DNA of 61,447 nt, filler included, from Basidiobolus ranarum (GCA_040143965.1; 12 parts of 12 records of this genome joined end to end with filler, not necessarily neighbours in it); one strand, 5' to 3'. Positions 36,464 through 51,316 are shown, counted from the whole stretch's first letter. Made by a program: numbers and translations. The notes: generated by a model from the sequence alone, not told the origin.

Positions 36464-37344
36464 ATTTTGCAAGTACTTTTACGGATAGTTGAGAAGGATG
36501 GCATCCGCTTTATCTGATCTTATATAGTACATTGAATTCTGAAATCCGAACGTTTCATGATGCTGTTTTTCTAGAGACAAAAGAGTATTTCGGACTGTTT
36601 ACTCAATATTAAGCATTACTAATGTTCAGAATAAATGGTGTTGAGATTGTCTTTCTATGGCTGGCTACTATCGATATATTTTATTCATTAGCACAAGTCA
36701 AGTGTCCACTAGTTTCTAGTGTTTATGAGAAGTTTATAGTTTACAGATATTTACGAGGCCCTCTCGATTATTTCAACTGATGTTTGTATATATACATGCA
36801 GCAAATAGACCGCAATATCATTGTGCATCAATATGCACATCTTTCTTCAAATCTTCATCGTACATTAATTGTTACAGAAGCTGATGAATAAACACATCTG
36901 CATTTTTCATGATCAAAGGAAACCCGAAACAGATGTGACCCTAACCCTTAACGTTGTGGCTTACTAATGTTAATACCTAATATATAGCCCATGAGTCTTG
37001 GATCTAGTCTCGGGTTCAAGAATCCAATCAGTTCAAGAAAAAGGTTGGTCGATTACAATGGAGCTCCGTCTCTTCATTCAGTCATGTTATATCTTGAAAC
37101 CTTGTGAAATATAGGAGGGAATTTAAAGTTTTATATGATTTCATAGAGACGAATAGTCACTACAGTATTTCAAAGTTTCTACAGTATACAAATGCATTCG
37201 CAGGTAACTTATGTCTTAATAATGCACTTCTTCATTGTTCAAGTCATTCTATCTTATAAAATACCTCCTTTCATAACAAAGTTTTCTAGTACTATCATTT
37301 TAATTAAGTGAATGGTTTTAAACTAATAAAGCCTAGTCTCATAC

Positions 37345-38824
37345 TTACTGATCATTTTCTAAAGTGGAATTAGGGGTGCTAGATACTCGTATTTCAGAAT
37401 TTAGTGAGGTGGTAGTTGCTACTTCAGTGTCATCGGAGATCGAGTGTGATTGAGTAATATCACGTTTACACAATGGACACGTTCTATTAAGTTTTAACCA
37501 TTCATCAACACAATCTACGTGGAAATGGTGTGAACAGTGTAGCTGCCTTAGTTTATCTCCATCCTCGTATTGAGATAAGCAAATGCAACATATAGCGTCC
37601 TCTTCTCTGATTTTGGCCACGGCTCCTACACTGTTCTCTATACAAGTAGGCTCATGCGGACTGTTTTTCAGTGCTTCTTTATAGAAAAGCTTTTTTCTCA
37701 TTCGTTGAATGACTGTCTGGGGTTGAGTAGGACTTATGAGCTCTTTCTCACCTTGAGGAAGCAGATGAGTGCTATTGTTATTATCGTCTAGTCGAGTAGC
37801 TTGAGGACGAGATACAGTTCCTTCTCCCAAGGAGACCTCGCTCAAAGGAGATTTTCGATAAATTAAAATCGGAATTTTGGCTATTATATCTTCTGTGGCT
37901 CCGGCTCCTGTTGTCTCACCAATTCTCAAAGTACGCATTATAACTAATACACAAGGAAGGCAAAATATCACCGCACCACATAGAAAAACTGGAATGGTAA
38001 TGACAAAGTATCCAAAGATGACAAGTGCCATAGACAACCCAAATAATCCTGGTGAAGTTTTTTGACATGTTGTTGTTGTGAACAGTAAGTAATTACCAAC
38101 TAGAAAAACGAAGGTCCCTATTAAATCCAGCAGTGATTTACCTCTAATTAAGAAGAAATTATTTAGTCGTCTACAACCTATATTACAACAGTTGGATGAT
38201 GCTAAGCTTGAGCAAGTACCTGTCGATCCAATTGAGTAAGATATCAGAGTGATCATTTGCATTATGCCTTCCAGGGTGTAGATGATAAGCTACTAGTATT
38301 GGGGTCGAAAGAAATATTCTTGCACCATAGAAGATAAGATACAATCGCAAAGGTTTGTCGCACTCTTCATTTTGTGTTACCAAAAGTACTGCTAAAATCG
38401 AGGTAATCTATTTTCGAAATCAATTTTAGCTTGTTTCTAGAGAGTGTAATTAAGATTTGTATACCTGGATGATGAAAGATATGAGAGACAACAGAAGCAT
38501 GAGTTTTGAAGTACGGGAAGCATTGCGATAATATTCAAACAGATAGCTTAACCAGTTACGCCTGGCTAGAGTCACTGTGCGAATTGAGACGGTTCCAGCT
38601 GAGCCAGACTGTGCAGTAGAGAGGTATATTGGTTGGGGGGTATAAGTGTTTGAGTGCTGTATATTGGTTGCTATAGAGGAGCTGGAGTGATTTGGAGTAC
38701 GAGTTGAAGGCGAGGTTGCGCCTAAATTTGAAGTAGTATTCATATCGATAGTCACTTCAGTTGGGGTGGTCTCTAAGGGAAACGGCGAGGGTGACTTTTC
38801 TGAGCAAGTATCGTGTGGGCTCAT
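37345..38824 (-). CDS. Transmembrane RING-H2 E3 ubiquitin ligase, 448 aa; introns 38408-38464 and 38144-38219
   Basis: Three exons join in frame via GT-AG introns. [24 protein letters not shown], and RING-H2 [39 protein letters not shown]. Confidence 0.9.
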
Positions 38825-40450
38825 CAAAACCACAATTCGGTTCTTTAGAGAAAAGTCAAATTAAGTATTGATAGAGTAAAAAATCTAATCTACAAAAGTT
38901 ACAGAGAAGGTGCACAGGGGAAAGAGATTTCTGTTGAAGTAACGGATAAGATGGAGAAAGGGTTGTTGAAGAGATCTTTCGAAAACCAACTCACTTGATT
39001 AATGAAAGTACATATGTAGGGGGCAATGCTGAAAGGTCAGTTTGATAAAATGCCTGAGGTGTTTTTTACGTAGAAGAAAATACGAAATTACAGCAATTTA
39101 TAAACCAAACTTACACATCAACAACAAATGGAAAGAGTTAGGGATAAATATATTTATTCGCTAAATGTTGAGCTATGTTGCAGGGTGTGTAGATCTTGCG
39201 GATCTTTGGTTTGTGATGTTTACGTCAATAGTCTGCATTTAATAAGTAATACGCAACAAGTAGATACTGAATCATCTATTGAATGCGTTGCGGTTTATAT
39301 TCGGTTACTGTATCTTCATTGGAGTCAGAGTGTATGATCCATCTGGTAACATTTAATCTAAAATGTCTCAGTAATCATCCAAGAAGCCTATCTCTTGGTT
39401 CTGGAGGAGAGGCGCTAAATATCTGTGAATCGAATGAATCCATCCACATCTAGAAAGATTGAGATTGTAAACAATCGGTGGCGACGAAGTTTCAGGTTTT
39501 CTTGGATAATGGTCCACAGTTATGAAGCTGGCATAAGATTTAACCCTTAAAAAGTCCAAGGATGGGCATGCACATGTAGGGACTGTTTCATGCAGCTAGC
39601 CTTATCTTTGTAAACAGCCTAAGCTTAGGATGGAATTTCTAGTGAATGAGTTTCTAGCTCGCCAACGGATTCAGTGGAGTTCGCTCTGAACCGGCGAAGT
39701 TCTAACATCTCATGTAAATCAGTGACTGGATCTTCCGCTCATTGAAACAATAAGCCACTTTGAAACCAAGTAGGTTACAGCTAATTCAGATGAAGAACAA
39801 ACCGTCAGTGAAAGCCCATCTTCCGAGTTCGCGCGTATTCGGGTCAATGCATATAAGCATGATATCTACTCCATCTAAGGAGAATGCTTGATATGCTTCT
39901 GACTCCTAAGTAGCCAGGAATAGGTGCATTTAGCAAGTGATGAAATTCCGCATTTAAGGTCTCAAACGATTCATGCGCTCTGAGATTCTCAGGCACGCTG
40001 CTGTGTTCAGATCAGTGAATGAGTGCCGTAATCAGATTGATTACTCATAATCTTTTGTTAAAGCTCCTTATGACTAGAATTTTTTTAAAATTTGCTGGAA
40101 TTGCTCATTATTTACGAATACTTCACTGTGCTTAAACCCAATGTTTGTCACTCATAGTACTAATATAGGAAATGTCCAGCCTGGTTACAAGTTTCATTGA
40201 GTTACAAGCGGCGGTGAGCAGCTATTAACCCTAATACGCTTATGTCATAAACTTTGTAGTTTCAGTTTGAAATTCACATTCTGAGTGACTTACATACCAT
40301 GTACTACTCATGATGAAAGGTACAATATTTACTACTACTGCTACATACACCATCGAAGCTTACTTCACTACTTGGTATCGCAATTCACCCTTTCGTTGGG
40401 GATAATATATATAATGTACCTGTCATTGTATTATATAGACAGAACTTAAT

Positions 40451-40850
40451 AGACCTGTTCCATTTTATTAAGCCAGATCAGGCCAGCTAAAAAGTGTGCC
40501 AGCACAATTTGGCATGATTGGGCACTATCTGGCACAATGCTATTTACCATATCAAAAGTAGTTGTTTTACTTATGTGGTATATTTAGAAAAAGTGCTTTT
40601 GGCCATTATTGCACATTCAAAAGATGTTGAAAGCTTTATTCATAGTGACTCAAGTCTAGAGGTCTTAATGGCTATCATTGAGTATGAATGTATAGAGAAT
40701 TAATCAAGATTTTGACTACTTTCCCTAACTTTGATTGAGGCCCACAAAATGATTTTCCTCCATACTTTCCTGCCACAATGCTATATCTCTTTAGGAAGCT
40801 AAAGCTATGTTCTACTCTTGCTCTAAAATGAGAAAAAATATTATTAATAG
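40451..40850 (-). mobile_element. PIF/Harbinger-ISL2EU-like transposon 3' end with DDE_Tnp_4 C-terminal fragment
   Basis: NNIFSHFRARVEHSFSFLKRYSIV (40675-40850) fits the N..S..R..VE..F..LK motif. Terminus AAT|AGACCTGTTCCATT has subterminal GGCAC/GTGCC repeats resembling the MITE ends. Confidence 0.65.
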
Positions 40851-41135
40851 AAAGCTTAGTCAACAGTTAGAGAGTCACTCAACAATGATACAAGACCTTC
40901 AGATTGCTGTACTTGAGCTACAGCAACATGCTGCCCCCTCTGTCCATTCTCATATGGGACTTCAATCAATCCCACAANNNNNNNNNNNNNNNNNNNNNNN
41001 NNNNNNNNNNNNNNNNNNNNNTTAATTAATTAANNNNNNNNNNNNNNNNNNNNNNNNNNNNNNNNNNNNNNNNNNNNAAGCAAGTAATGGTCAGTAACTT
41101 GTGTACAGTAAACATTCTTGATGCTACCAACTAAC

Positions 41136-44100
41136 CTCATCTTGGTTTGGACAGTCGTCAGTCCAATGATCACCAAACTCTTCACAATTCTCGCAAAACT
41201 AAAAAATCCCGAATAAGATGAATGGCTTCAAAATGGTGTTACAAAAAAACTACTTACCATAGCATCGCTAGGTCCTTCATTGTCGTAACTATGGCTAGTA
41301 AGAGAGTACTCAGTACAAGAAAGAATATCATGTCCTTTGCTGTCACACAGTTCACAGAAGAGCTCTTCTTCGTCATCTGTTGGTAGGAATGAAGTCTGGC
41401 TCTTTAAACGGTCTAAGTTACCATCTTCAAAGTCTTGAATGTTCATGGTATCGTTAAAATGGCTGGGAGAGTCACTACTCTTGGCATTCTCCAATTTCTT
41501 TTCCAATTGAGCAATTTTTTGCTTTAGCTCAGCAATTTGCTCTTCCAGTTCAGTTTCTCTGAAGATCTTGTTTTCAACTAGAGACTCTAACTCGGCCATA
41601 TCTTTGGCTTGAATGTCAAGCTCATACTGCTTTGACAACTCCAAGTCAGTAATCTTCTTCTGCATCTCACGAATTTCTGTTTTGTACTGTTGCTTTAACT
41701 GAGCCAAAATTCTATCTTTTTCGTACAGACTAGACTGAAGGTCACCAGACTCTGAAGATTCATGCTCGTTATTTGTATCTGCTGGCAAAGAGGCAACAGA
41801 ATCTACTGCTGATAGATTTGAATTCTCTAAAGATTCACTATGAAGCCTTTCAACTTCTTCCATGAGCTTCAGGCATTCGGTCTCCATGTGGGTGTGCATC
41901 TCTAAAAGATTTTCTTGCGCTTCTGTTAGCTCAGCATGTTCGTCTTGAAGCTTTCTATTCTCTTCAAGAGTGGCGGAATGCTCTTTCTGCAAGCATGCTA
42001 GTTTTTCTTTCAGCTGAGAAATTTCCATTCCATGATCCGCTTCTCTGGTGTTGTCCGTTAGAGTATCTACATTGGTACGTTCTAAAGATTCTAATTCTTG
42101 AATCTTGAATTTCAGAGCATCAATTTCTCGATTCCTTTCTTCTAAGAATTCGTTTAGTTTGGTAAGCTCCTCCTGTTATAAAAACAATAAAAATAAATGT
42201 AAGTACAGTTAGCGGTCTAGTTGGAAACCAGCAACTGGACAAATACCTTGCTATCTTGCAATTCACGATCCTTCAATTCGATCATCTCTCTAAAAGCATC
42301 CAATTGTTGTTGAAGATTGCTCTGCTGCTCTACCCAGCTATGTCGCTCTGTATCAAATTGCTCAAAAAGAGCGCGTATTTTAGCCATTTCTGATTTCGTT
42401 TTGTCGTGACTCTCTAAGAGCTCCTCATGAGCTCTGACAATATCTGATTTCTCTGCCTCCAGGGAGCTAATGGAAGATAAAAGCTCCTCAATCTGAGACA
42501 GCAGCTTGACTTTTTCCTCGTTGAAATTAATGTCCGTCATTCCAGACATTTGTTTTTCTGTCAAACTGAGAATCTCACTGCTTTGCCTTTGGAGCTCAAG
42601 CTTGAGTTTTTGGATTTCTTCTTTTCGCTTAGAGTTACTCAGTTGATAATTATCGACTGCCTCTTGAAGAGAAGTGGATTCTTTCGTGAGCTCTTCTTCT
42701 CTTGCCTTGGCTTTCTCCAGCTCGAAGCGTAAACTTTCGGCATCGGACTCAAGTTGCCTGCAAACATTTACAACATTCTCCGCCTGCTCCTTAAGCGAGA
42801 AATTCTCCTTCTTCATCGACTGTAAAGTTCTCTCATAATGGTCAAATGCTTCAGCTCCGGCTGCTTTAAAATCACGAAGTAGCTTTTCTTGAGATTTGAT
42901 AGTAATCTCTTGCTGTTGAAGTTTCTTCAGCAAACCATTGACATCTTCTTTGTCATCATTTACACTGCGATACTTGGAAGAATCTCCTTTTTCAGCATTG
43001 CTTAGATTTTCAATCAACTGAGCTTTTTCTTTCTCAAAATCGGATTTTGTGCGGTCCAATCGAGCTGTCAATTTTCCCACTTCAATACTTCTTTCCTCAA
43101 GCTCAGACTGCAATGATTCAATTAATCCACTATCCTTAACATCACCATTATCAGAGGTTTCAAGACGAGCGATACGATCTCGAAGCTCTTTCTCTATAGC
43201 AGTCCGGATTTTCAGCACCTCTTTAACATCTCTGACTGTTGAGAGCAGTCTATTCATTTCAGCATCCTTAAGGGGTGACTGATATTCCGTAGCCGAGTCA
43301 ATGCTGGAATGTTGGTCAATCACGTTAGTATCACTAAGCTGATGCCTTAGATCCTTCATCTCAGTTTCGAGTAACTCCACTAGTTGAAATTTCGCCGCCT
43401 TCTCTCTCTCCCACTCCTGTTTCTGTCGGCGTAAAGACTCGATCTCTGTTCTCAAGATCCCTATTTCTGAGTTGGATTTAGTCTGTTTGACCTCAAGTTT
43501 TAGAAACTCATTTTCAGCCTCTAAGATTTCAAGCTTGAGCCCTAACTGGTGAGGATCGTCGGCTTCAGTGTCTGCATCGTTATCTACGTGAAGACCTTTG
43601 AGATCATTTTGAACGATGTCTGTAGATTTGGGTATAAATGAATTAATATTTAGATCTTCTATCTGCATCCCTTTTATGGGAGTGCTCGATCTAGAGGGGG
43701 TAGGTGGAGCTTTTATAGGCATAGTGGGAGAGGGTGAAGATGAGGGAGAAATTGAGTGAGAAGGAGAAGCTCCATATGTATGAAAAGAACGTTGACCTTT
43801 AAATCCGAAGGAGGCACGCTTGGGTGCATTATCAGTAAAAGTAGAGTTGGATTTATACAGAGAAGCTGGAACGCTTGCTCGCTTAATGGTTTTGGTAGAA
43901 GTAAAACACTCTTCCGACAACTCAGATGCCGACTCACTAATAGGAGTGCAGTGACTATAAGTATTGGAGTATGCAATCTTCGATACTTTGTGAGCCAAAA
44001 TGAATAGGCCTGACTTTGGAGCACAAGAGAAATATTTTATTCTATACAAATGGAGTGAAAAAAGTTAATCATCTTAAAGGCAAGAACTCTTAGTGATAAT

Positions 44101-44644
44101 ACTTAGTATCTTACCCATCCACAATACCGTCATTTTTTCCTGTACCTTCTTGATCAAGTTCAATTCCTGCCCAAATACCTGGCTTAAACTTGGTACTTCC
44201 GATAAAGCGTAGAGTACCCAATATTCCCATAGATTCTACTTGAACTTTATCCCCAATCTGTAAATGAGAAGGAGACGATGGTCTTGGAGGTGGCTTGAAC
44301 ATAGAGCCTCCTTTCGAAGAAAGATAAGAAGCAGTGGAACTTGTTGAAATGTCTGAAGCTGAGCTGCTTAGTGGTGGGGAGCTAATTCTAGGAAGAGGTA
44401 AAGGCCTAGTAGTAGTTTTTGAGGCAGGCAGAGAGTGCCGATTGTTGGTAGATTTGGAACGCATTAATCCATTGGATACCTTAGTATGATTAGAAAGAGG
44501 TGTTGGTGAGAAACGGCGAGTGTCTACTGCGGTATCAGAGGTATTTATCTCCCGCTCGGAAGAGTTATGTGTAGGCGGAAAGGCAAAAGACTTCCGTTTA
44601 GAGGCAGCTGTTATATTGGTTGGGTTTTTTGGAGGTTTGAACAT
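41136..44644 (-). CDS. CLIP-170/Bik1/Tip1-like microtubule plus-end protein (CAP-Gly, coiled coil, two CCHC zinc knuckles); introns 44042-44114, 42173-42246, 41199-41257; last exon beyond contig
   Basis: GTLRFIGSTKFKPGIWAGIELD..GKNDGIVDG|IKYFSC..SGLF, long coiled coil, ELESLVENKIFRETELE, FCELCDSKGHDILSC and FCENCEEFGDHWTDDCPNQDE. Confidence 0.92.
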
Positions 44645-46199
44645 AGTTCAATAAGTCAAGTGTTGTGAGCTCGAGTTATTCAAGTAAATTAAACTCAAAG
44701 GACAAAATTACTAAAAGTATAGTACTAGATAATTACTCAGATTACTGTAAGGTGAAAAAGGGCAATGCAGAAACCTTAGAGACCTGTAAATAATTCAGAA
44801 AACTGGAATAAGAAGGACGCAAAGTATTATCGGGTGGATAAAAGAATCAGAAGCAACTTAAGCATGAAAAGGGGATGAAATATGTCCTGACTGAGTAGAT
44901 ACTATTTAGATAAGAGAGCAATATAATAGATAGAGTAAAGATAGCCAATCGATTAACATTGAATTGAGATATAAACACAATACATGACTGGTGAATGAGA
45001 TTCTTTGTACAATGCTTATTTAATATCATTTATTGTAATTATATTTTTATGATCAGATTTCATCAAGAACCTCAAAACCTAGGGAGTTTAAGCTTGAACA
45101 AGAGGTGCATGTAATAATAAACATGGCCAATGTATCGAGGTGGAGGCCACAATCACATTTTGTGGAGTAGGTACACTGCATCAATCACGTTGAAGGTATC
45201 TTTCATGGTAGACACCGCTTGTTCGTTCCAACCACTGGCCTAGGTGATTGGCTATGATCTGGAAATCACCTTAACATTAATTTCCTTTAATTTATGCCTA
45301 ACTGGCCATTATCTATGCTTATTGGAGTTATCTATTGATCAATAACTAAGGATGACAGCATCTTCCAGGGTTGATACAAAGATGTACAGTATCTGAGAAA
45401 CACTTGGAAACACCCTGACATTCATGGGTAGAGATAATCAATGTTCTGCTCCGGAAGATCCGATTTTAACAGTGCTCCACAATGTCGTGCATCGTGGTAG
45501 TGTTATTTCGGGGCATTTTGAGTGCAAGTGGCTATTGAAACCCCCCAGATTTAGACATGTGGTCCGATTGATCTTCACAGGCTAAGCCAACCTGAAATTG
45601 CTCATTTACATCGTAGTCCATTTGTCCATTCAAAACAATGCTCAATAGAGATACATTGCTACACTTTACCGGAAGTTCATGTCAGATGTGGGTTAAGATA
45701 TTCTACGTGCGTCACGAGATTCGAACCTCCATTGTGATTCCAGAATTATCATACATTTATTGATATTAATAGGGCTCCAGGTCTGTCATTCTGAGTTACG
45801 AACCAATTGGAGTCATCATATGGTGATGTTCTTGGAATCTTAATAATTCAGCAAGAAGTGGACTTATACGGAGAACACCACGAAAGATATGGCTCCTCAG
45901 TATTGGTTTTAACACTGTCTTAAATAATGAAACCACCACATCAGGCTATAGCTCGACATACAGGTTCTGTATCTCTCTAATTCTTTCTTAATGATAGCAA
46001 TTTATCGGCTAAAGTAACGGTGATCCTCAGCTACAGGTGAAAATCCTGAGGTGACAAACAGCAGCTCTAGACTTGGTGCCAAAACCAGATTCAATATTCN
46101 NNNNNNNNNNNNNNNNNNNNNNNNNNNNNNNNNNNNNNNNNNNTTAATTAATTAANNNNNNNNNNNNNNNNNNNNNNNNNNNNNNNNNNNNNNNNNNNN

Positions 46200-46453
46200 A
46201 ATAGAGAAATCGGTGGTTTTCACGTATTGAGTTGACATTTATAGTTTTGTCAAGATGTAAACAAACTAATGTGTAGAATGTGTTAAGGAAGGTCCCAGGA
46301 ACATGCGTGCAAAGTTTGGGGCTTCTTTGGAAAATCTATATATCTGAGAACCTCTAAGTAAATTACTCATGTGATATCTTAGTTCAATATAGGATAACTA
46401 AATACTAAGCTATATATGACTATATAGGTGTTTAGGCAATGCTAATTTCAACA
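46200..46453 (-). repeat. LTR family A, partial
   Basis: Matches 5143-5351 in the same orientation and ends ATTTCAACA. Confidence 0.8.
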
Positions 46454-46869
46454 TTTAAACAGATTACGTATCTTACAGTACTAAAGTTGGCATAGTGACC
46501 ACACCGTCGGTTTGCTCAACGGATGTAATCTTTAATAATTACTGGAGTGAATGTGACATTGGTATTAAATTTGTCCATGATCAGTGAGTGGGAAATTCTT
46601 GATTGTTTACATAGATTCATGTGGTGAGTAGTACTTGTCATCTCAAATTTGGCGTCGATTTGTGCGACTCAAACTCTTGAATATTTAGTTAATTAACACG
46701 ATCGAGTCATTAAAAGCAGCTATTAACAAGTTATCCACCAAATGATATCATCGAACCAACATTTATAATTTAGTTTATTTTCAAGTCAATCACTTCATTT
46801 TAATTAAAGTTTAAATCTAAATCTATATTATGGATAAACTTACACTAACCTCAAGCTTACCCCTGGTCC

Positions 46870-46994
46870 ATTGAGGAAAATATTGGTAGTGCTATCGGTA
46901 ACGAACAAATGTAAGCGAAAGGAAAGATGAGAAGAACTATGAGTATAGTAACACCCAAGCTGAAGGTTGAACTCAGGGAACCGAAGAGAAATTG
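46870..46994 (+). pseudogene. CsbD/Hmp1-like small stress protein fragment
   Basis: IEENIGSAIGNEQM*AKGK..(frameshift)YEYSNTQAEG*TQGTEEK. Confidence 0.5.
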
Positions 46995-47244
46995 CTACAA
47001 AGCCCAGTAATTCAAAAAGAGTAGCAAATATTTTTATCCGAATAGAATCTAGTTAACGAAGCTTTAGTTGATACCAGCAATCAGACCCTCGACTTTGGTA
47101 ATATTGGTATAGAAATGTTCAGTAGTTCTTTTTGCGAATTAATATTAGTAACATTCATTAGTTTCACTTTACTGTCATACAAGCTGCACGTTAGGTACGA
47201 CCAGTTTTACGCACAACTTTCATCAGTTCTTTTTTGAATGCACT

Positions 47245-47426
47245 GTCCTTGATATTTCCTTTTATTGACTTATCAGTACCTTGTTTATAGTATTCAACAG
47301 GCCTTCTTGTACTCAACATTATCCTCGGTTTTTCTGACTTTTTCGTCAAACTGGAATTGAATCTTTGCCAATAGTATGACCCACATTCTCCTTGATAGTA
47401 CCTGAGATTTATTTGACGTTCGCGTT
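47245..47426 (-). pseudogene. Second CsbD/Hmp1-like fragment, inverted
   Basis: NANVK*ISGTIKENVGHTIGKDS..(fs)KTEDNVEYKKA..(fs)YKQGTDKSIKGNIKD. Confidence 0.5.
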
Positions 47427-48668
47427 AAATCAGCATGTGATTTAGACTCTTGGGAGCTTCAAGTGTTGGGTGATAGTTCACTGCGGTAATATATAGAATT
47501 CGCTTATTGCAGTTGAGAATTGAAACAAGTTTGAGATATCTCTTGATCAAGTAACTGATGAGGGGAATGTTGCACAAAACGACCGTATATATTTAGTATA
47601 TTATATTAATTGATCACAAATATACAAATATATTTTAGATTGAAATTTGTCTAAAAGAAAATAATTCCGATATCAAGTAATCAACATCCCTTTACTTTGA
47701 GCTTATTTACACCCATCAACTAATCAAACAGTACTTCATATGGGACATTTTAATATTAATATCTGGTTGACCTCAGGAGAATATTGGTAATGTATTTACT
47801 TGCCATTCTCGATACGTTTCTAATGCCTCAGCTATATTCTATTATATTTAGCATTATCTTCAGCTTGTATTTGATAACAAGAGTTCAGTACGAGCAAATA
47901 GGAACTGAAGCCGTGTTTAAGAAGTGAATTCTAATTGACAACCTTAAATTCATAATAATAATAATGTTCATTTGTAAATAGATCGATTGGTGAGATAATT
48001 TGTAGCCTCTAATTAGAATTGGCATTGAGTATTTATGGGGTAGTGTGCATCTCATTAGATCTATGATCACCTTGCTAATCAAGATCCAAGTGAAATGGCA
48101 GTGTTTACTCACACTTTAAAATATGCAAGTAAATCTACTTGGCTTAAAATTACTATAGTATTTATGCTTAAATTGAATGTGAAAAGGATCACGTATATGC
48201 TCCAAATGACTACTGCCAATCGCTCTACCTATTAAAGTTAAATGGGTAGTTTTGATAGTATGTATAAAGCTCAGTGCATACGTATTAGGTCTCTTTTATT
48301 GGCCATATGACAACTAACTCTTATCAAGAATTAAGGTAACATTTGTGAATCAAAAGGAAAAACTAATTCCGAGGTCTCCATATTATTATATTGCTTGATC
48401 TAAGATTAATCGAGTTACCAAACTCCTAGTTATCTACATTTGATTGGTCAATTTCTCATCTAAGATTAAGCTTTATCTTTGGGGAATTTAGGGTTTCGGA
48501 ATCCGTTTTTGCGTACTCTTGAATTTATTCGGTATAATATAGGAAATGAAAGAATTCGGAATATTAGCTATTTCATCCTGAACTAGAGTTTCTCCGGAAT
48601 CAAATCAACTCATATATAAGGCTCAACTATTTCATCGAAAGAAGATATATTTATTTACACACCTAATC

Positions 48669-51216
48669 ATGGCTACTAATAGACGAAGTAGTGGAACAGA
48701 ATCCACACTGAATGAAAAAGTCGATATTCCCCCTAATTCCAAATCCGATTCCAAAGATGTCAAAGAAAAGAAAGTTTCAATGGCAGAGCTGTTTAACTTT
48801 GCCACTTCTTTCGATTGGACTCTCATGGGAGTAGGAATTTTCTGTGCTCTTATTTCAGGTGCTGGTATGCCTGTTATGACGTACGTATTCGATGGTTAAT
48901 CACTCTTCACTCTTACTTTAACTAACCAATTACTTAGGATCATTTTTGGTGAAATGGCTACCATCTTTACCGCATGGATGAAGCAAGAATTAACACCCGA
49001 CCAATTTCAAGACAAAATCAACACTTATTCTTTGTACTTTGTATATCTTGCCATTGCTATCCTCATAACCACATATGGTTATATGTGCACATGGACATAT
49101 GCAGGTGAACGCCAAACACGAAAGATTCGAGAATCTTACTTGGCAGCCGTCCTTCGTCAGGATATTGCTTGGTTCGATCACTTAGGAGCTGGTGAAGTCA
49201 CCACTAGAATTACCAGTGACACTCATTTGGTTCAAGATGGTATATCGGAAAAATTCCCTCAAAGTGTCAATTATGTTGCTACATTTGTGTCTGCTTTCAT
49301 TATCGCCTTCACAAGAAATTGGAAACTCACTTTGGTACTTAGTTGTATCATACCACTGATCGCTATGTCAGTAGGTGTATTGAACTTCTTTAACACCAAG
49401 TATGTCAAAAAGGCTCTCGATTATTACTCTATCTCTGGTACTTTGGCTGAAGAGGTTTTTTCATCCATTCGAACTGCAGTTGCTTTTGGTCAACAAAAGA
49501 AATTGTCGGAAATGTACGATGTGAACATCACCAACGCTAAAAAACAAGGAATGAGAAAATCTCTGCTAACTGGATTGGGTATTGGTGTGATCTTCCTTAT
49601 CATCTATGCCGCCTATTCACTTGCTTTCTGGTTTGGTGGTAAACTTTTACTCAAGAATGAGCTTGAAGCTGGACAAGTCATCAATGTCTTTTTTGCTGTC
49701 ATGATTGGTGCCTTCTCCCTTGGTCATATCGCCCCTAATCTTCAAGCCTTCTCTTTTGCTCAAGGTGCCGCTTCCAAGCTCTATGAAGCCATCTACAGAG
49801 TTCCTACAATTGACTCTGCTTCTGACAAAGGTGTTAAGCCATCTGGTGTCACTCAAGGCTCCATAGAAGCTCGTAACCTTTTCTTCCATTATCCCTCTCG
49901 CCCTGATGTTCCCATCTTGAAGGGAATTAATTTGACTGTTGAGCCTGGACATACCGTTGCTTTAGTTGGAGCTAGTGGTTCTGGAAAATCCACCATCATT
50001 CAATTATTGGAAAGATTTTACGATCCAATTCAAGGAGAGATTTTCTTGGATGGTGTACCAATCAACACATTAAACGTTCACTGGCTTAGAAGACAAATTG
50101 GGTTAGTCTCACAAGAACCCACTCTGTTCAGATGTACCATCGCAGAAAATGTGGCTCATGGATTGATTGGAACCCCTCATGAAAATGCTAATGAAGAAAA
50201 GAAGTTGGAACTTATCAAAGAAGCATGTAAAATGGCGAATGCTCATGATTTCATCATGTTGTTACCGGAACAATATAACACTCATGTAGGTGAGAGAGGA
50301 TTCCTTCTTTCTGGTGGACAAAAACAACGTATCGCTATTGCTAGAGCTATTGTAAAGGATCCACGTATCCTTCTTTTGGATGAAGCTACTTCCGCCTTGG
50401 ATACTCAATCTGAAGGAATTGTTCAACAGGCTTTGGATCGTGCTAGCTCCGGAAGAACTACTATTGTCATCGCTCATCGTCTCTCCACTATTCGTAATGC
50501 TGATCAGATCATTGTGATGGAACATGGAAACATCATTGAACAAGGAACTCATAAATCGTTGATTGAAGCACAGGGTGCGTACTACAAGTTAGTGGAACTT
50601 CAAAAGATTTCCAAGAAATCAGACGAACCAAGAGCTACACCACCACCTGAAGATACTGATATTAACGCCATGAAATCTATCGACTCCGAATTAAGACGTA
50701 AAACAACCATTCAATCCATTCGTTCTGCCAAAAATCAAGCCAACGTAGAGAATGGTGATGAGGATAAGGTGCATTCTTTACCATATGTTATTTACCGAGT
50801 GTTCAAGCTTAGCAAACCCGAACTTCCTTACATGTTGGTTGGTTTTATTGGAGCTATCGTTACTGGTGCTATATCACCCATCTTCTCCATCCTATTTTCC
50901 AAAATTATGGCTGCAATGGCATTACAAGGGGATGCTTTAATTAAAGAGCTCAATTTTTGGGCCTCTATGTTCTTGGTGGTCGCTATAGTTGCCTTTATCG
51001 CTAATACAGCTCAAGGTACTTTCTTCGGTATTGCCGGTGAAAGATTAACTGAACGTATTCGCTCTCAAACTTTCAGTGCTATCCTTCATCAGGAGATTGG
51101 CTGGTTTGATCGGGATAGTAATAATACTGGTGCACTGGTTTCAGCCCTTTCAACCGATGCTACTCATGTTCAGGGAGTCAGTGGTGTAACTCTCGGTACG
51201 ATACTTCAAGTACTTG
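48669..51216 (+). CDS. ABCB/MDR (P-glycoprotein-like) full transporter, 3'-partial; intron 48881-48937
   Basis: TMD1, Walker A GASGSGKST, Q-loop SQEP, signature LSGGQKQRIAIARA, Walker B LLLDEATSALD, start of TMD2. The GTACGT..CTAAC..TTAG intron restores frame. Confidence 0.95.
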
Positions 51217-51316
51217 NNNNNNNNNNNNNNNNNNNNNNNNNNNNNNNNNNNNNNNNNNNNTTAATTAATTAANNNNNNNNNNNNNNNNNNNNNNNNNNNN
51301 NNNNNNNNNNNNNNNN

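Noticed and set aside
45715-45732. tRNA T-loop-like GGTTCGAATCTC on the minus strand
   Set aside because: No acceptor stem, D-arm or A-box could be built around it.
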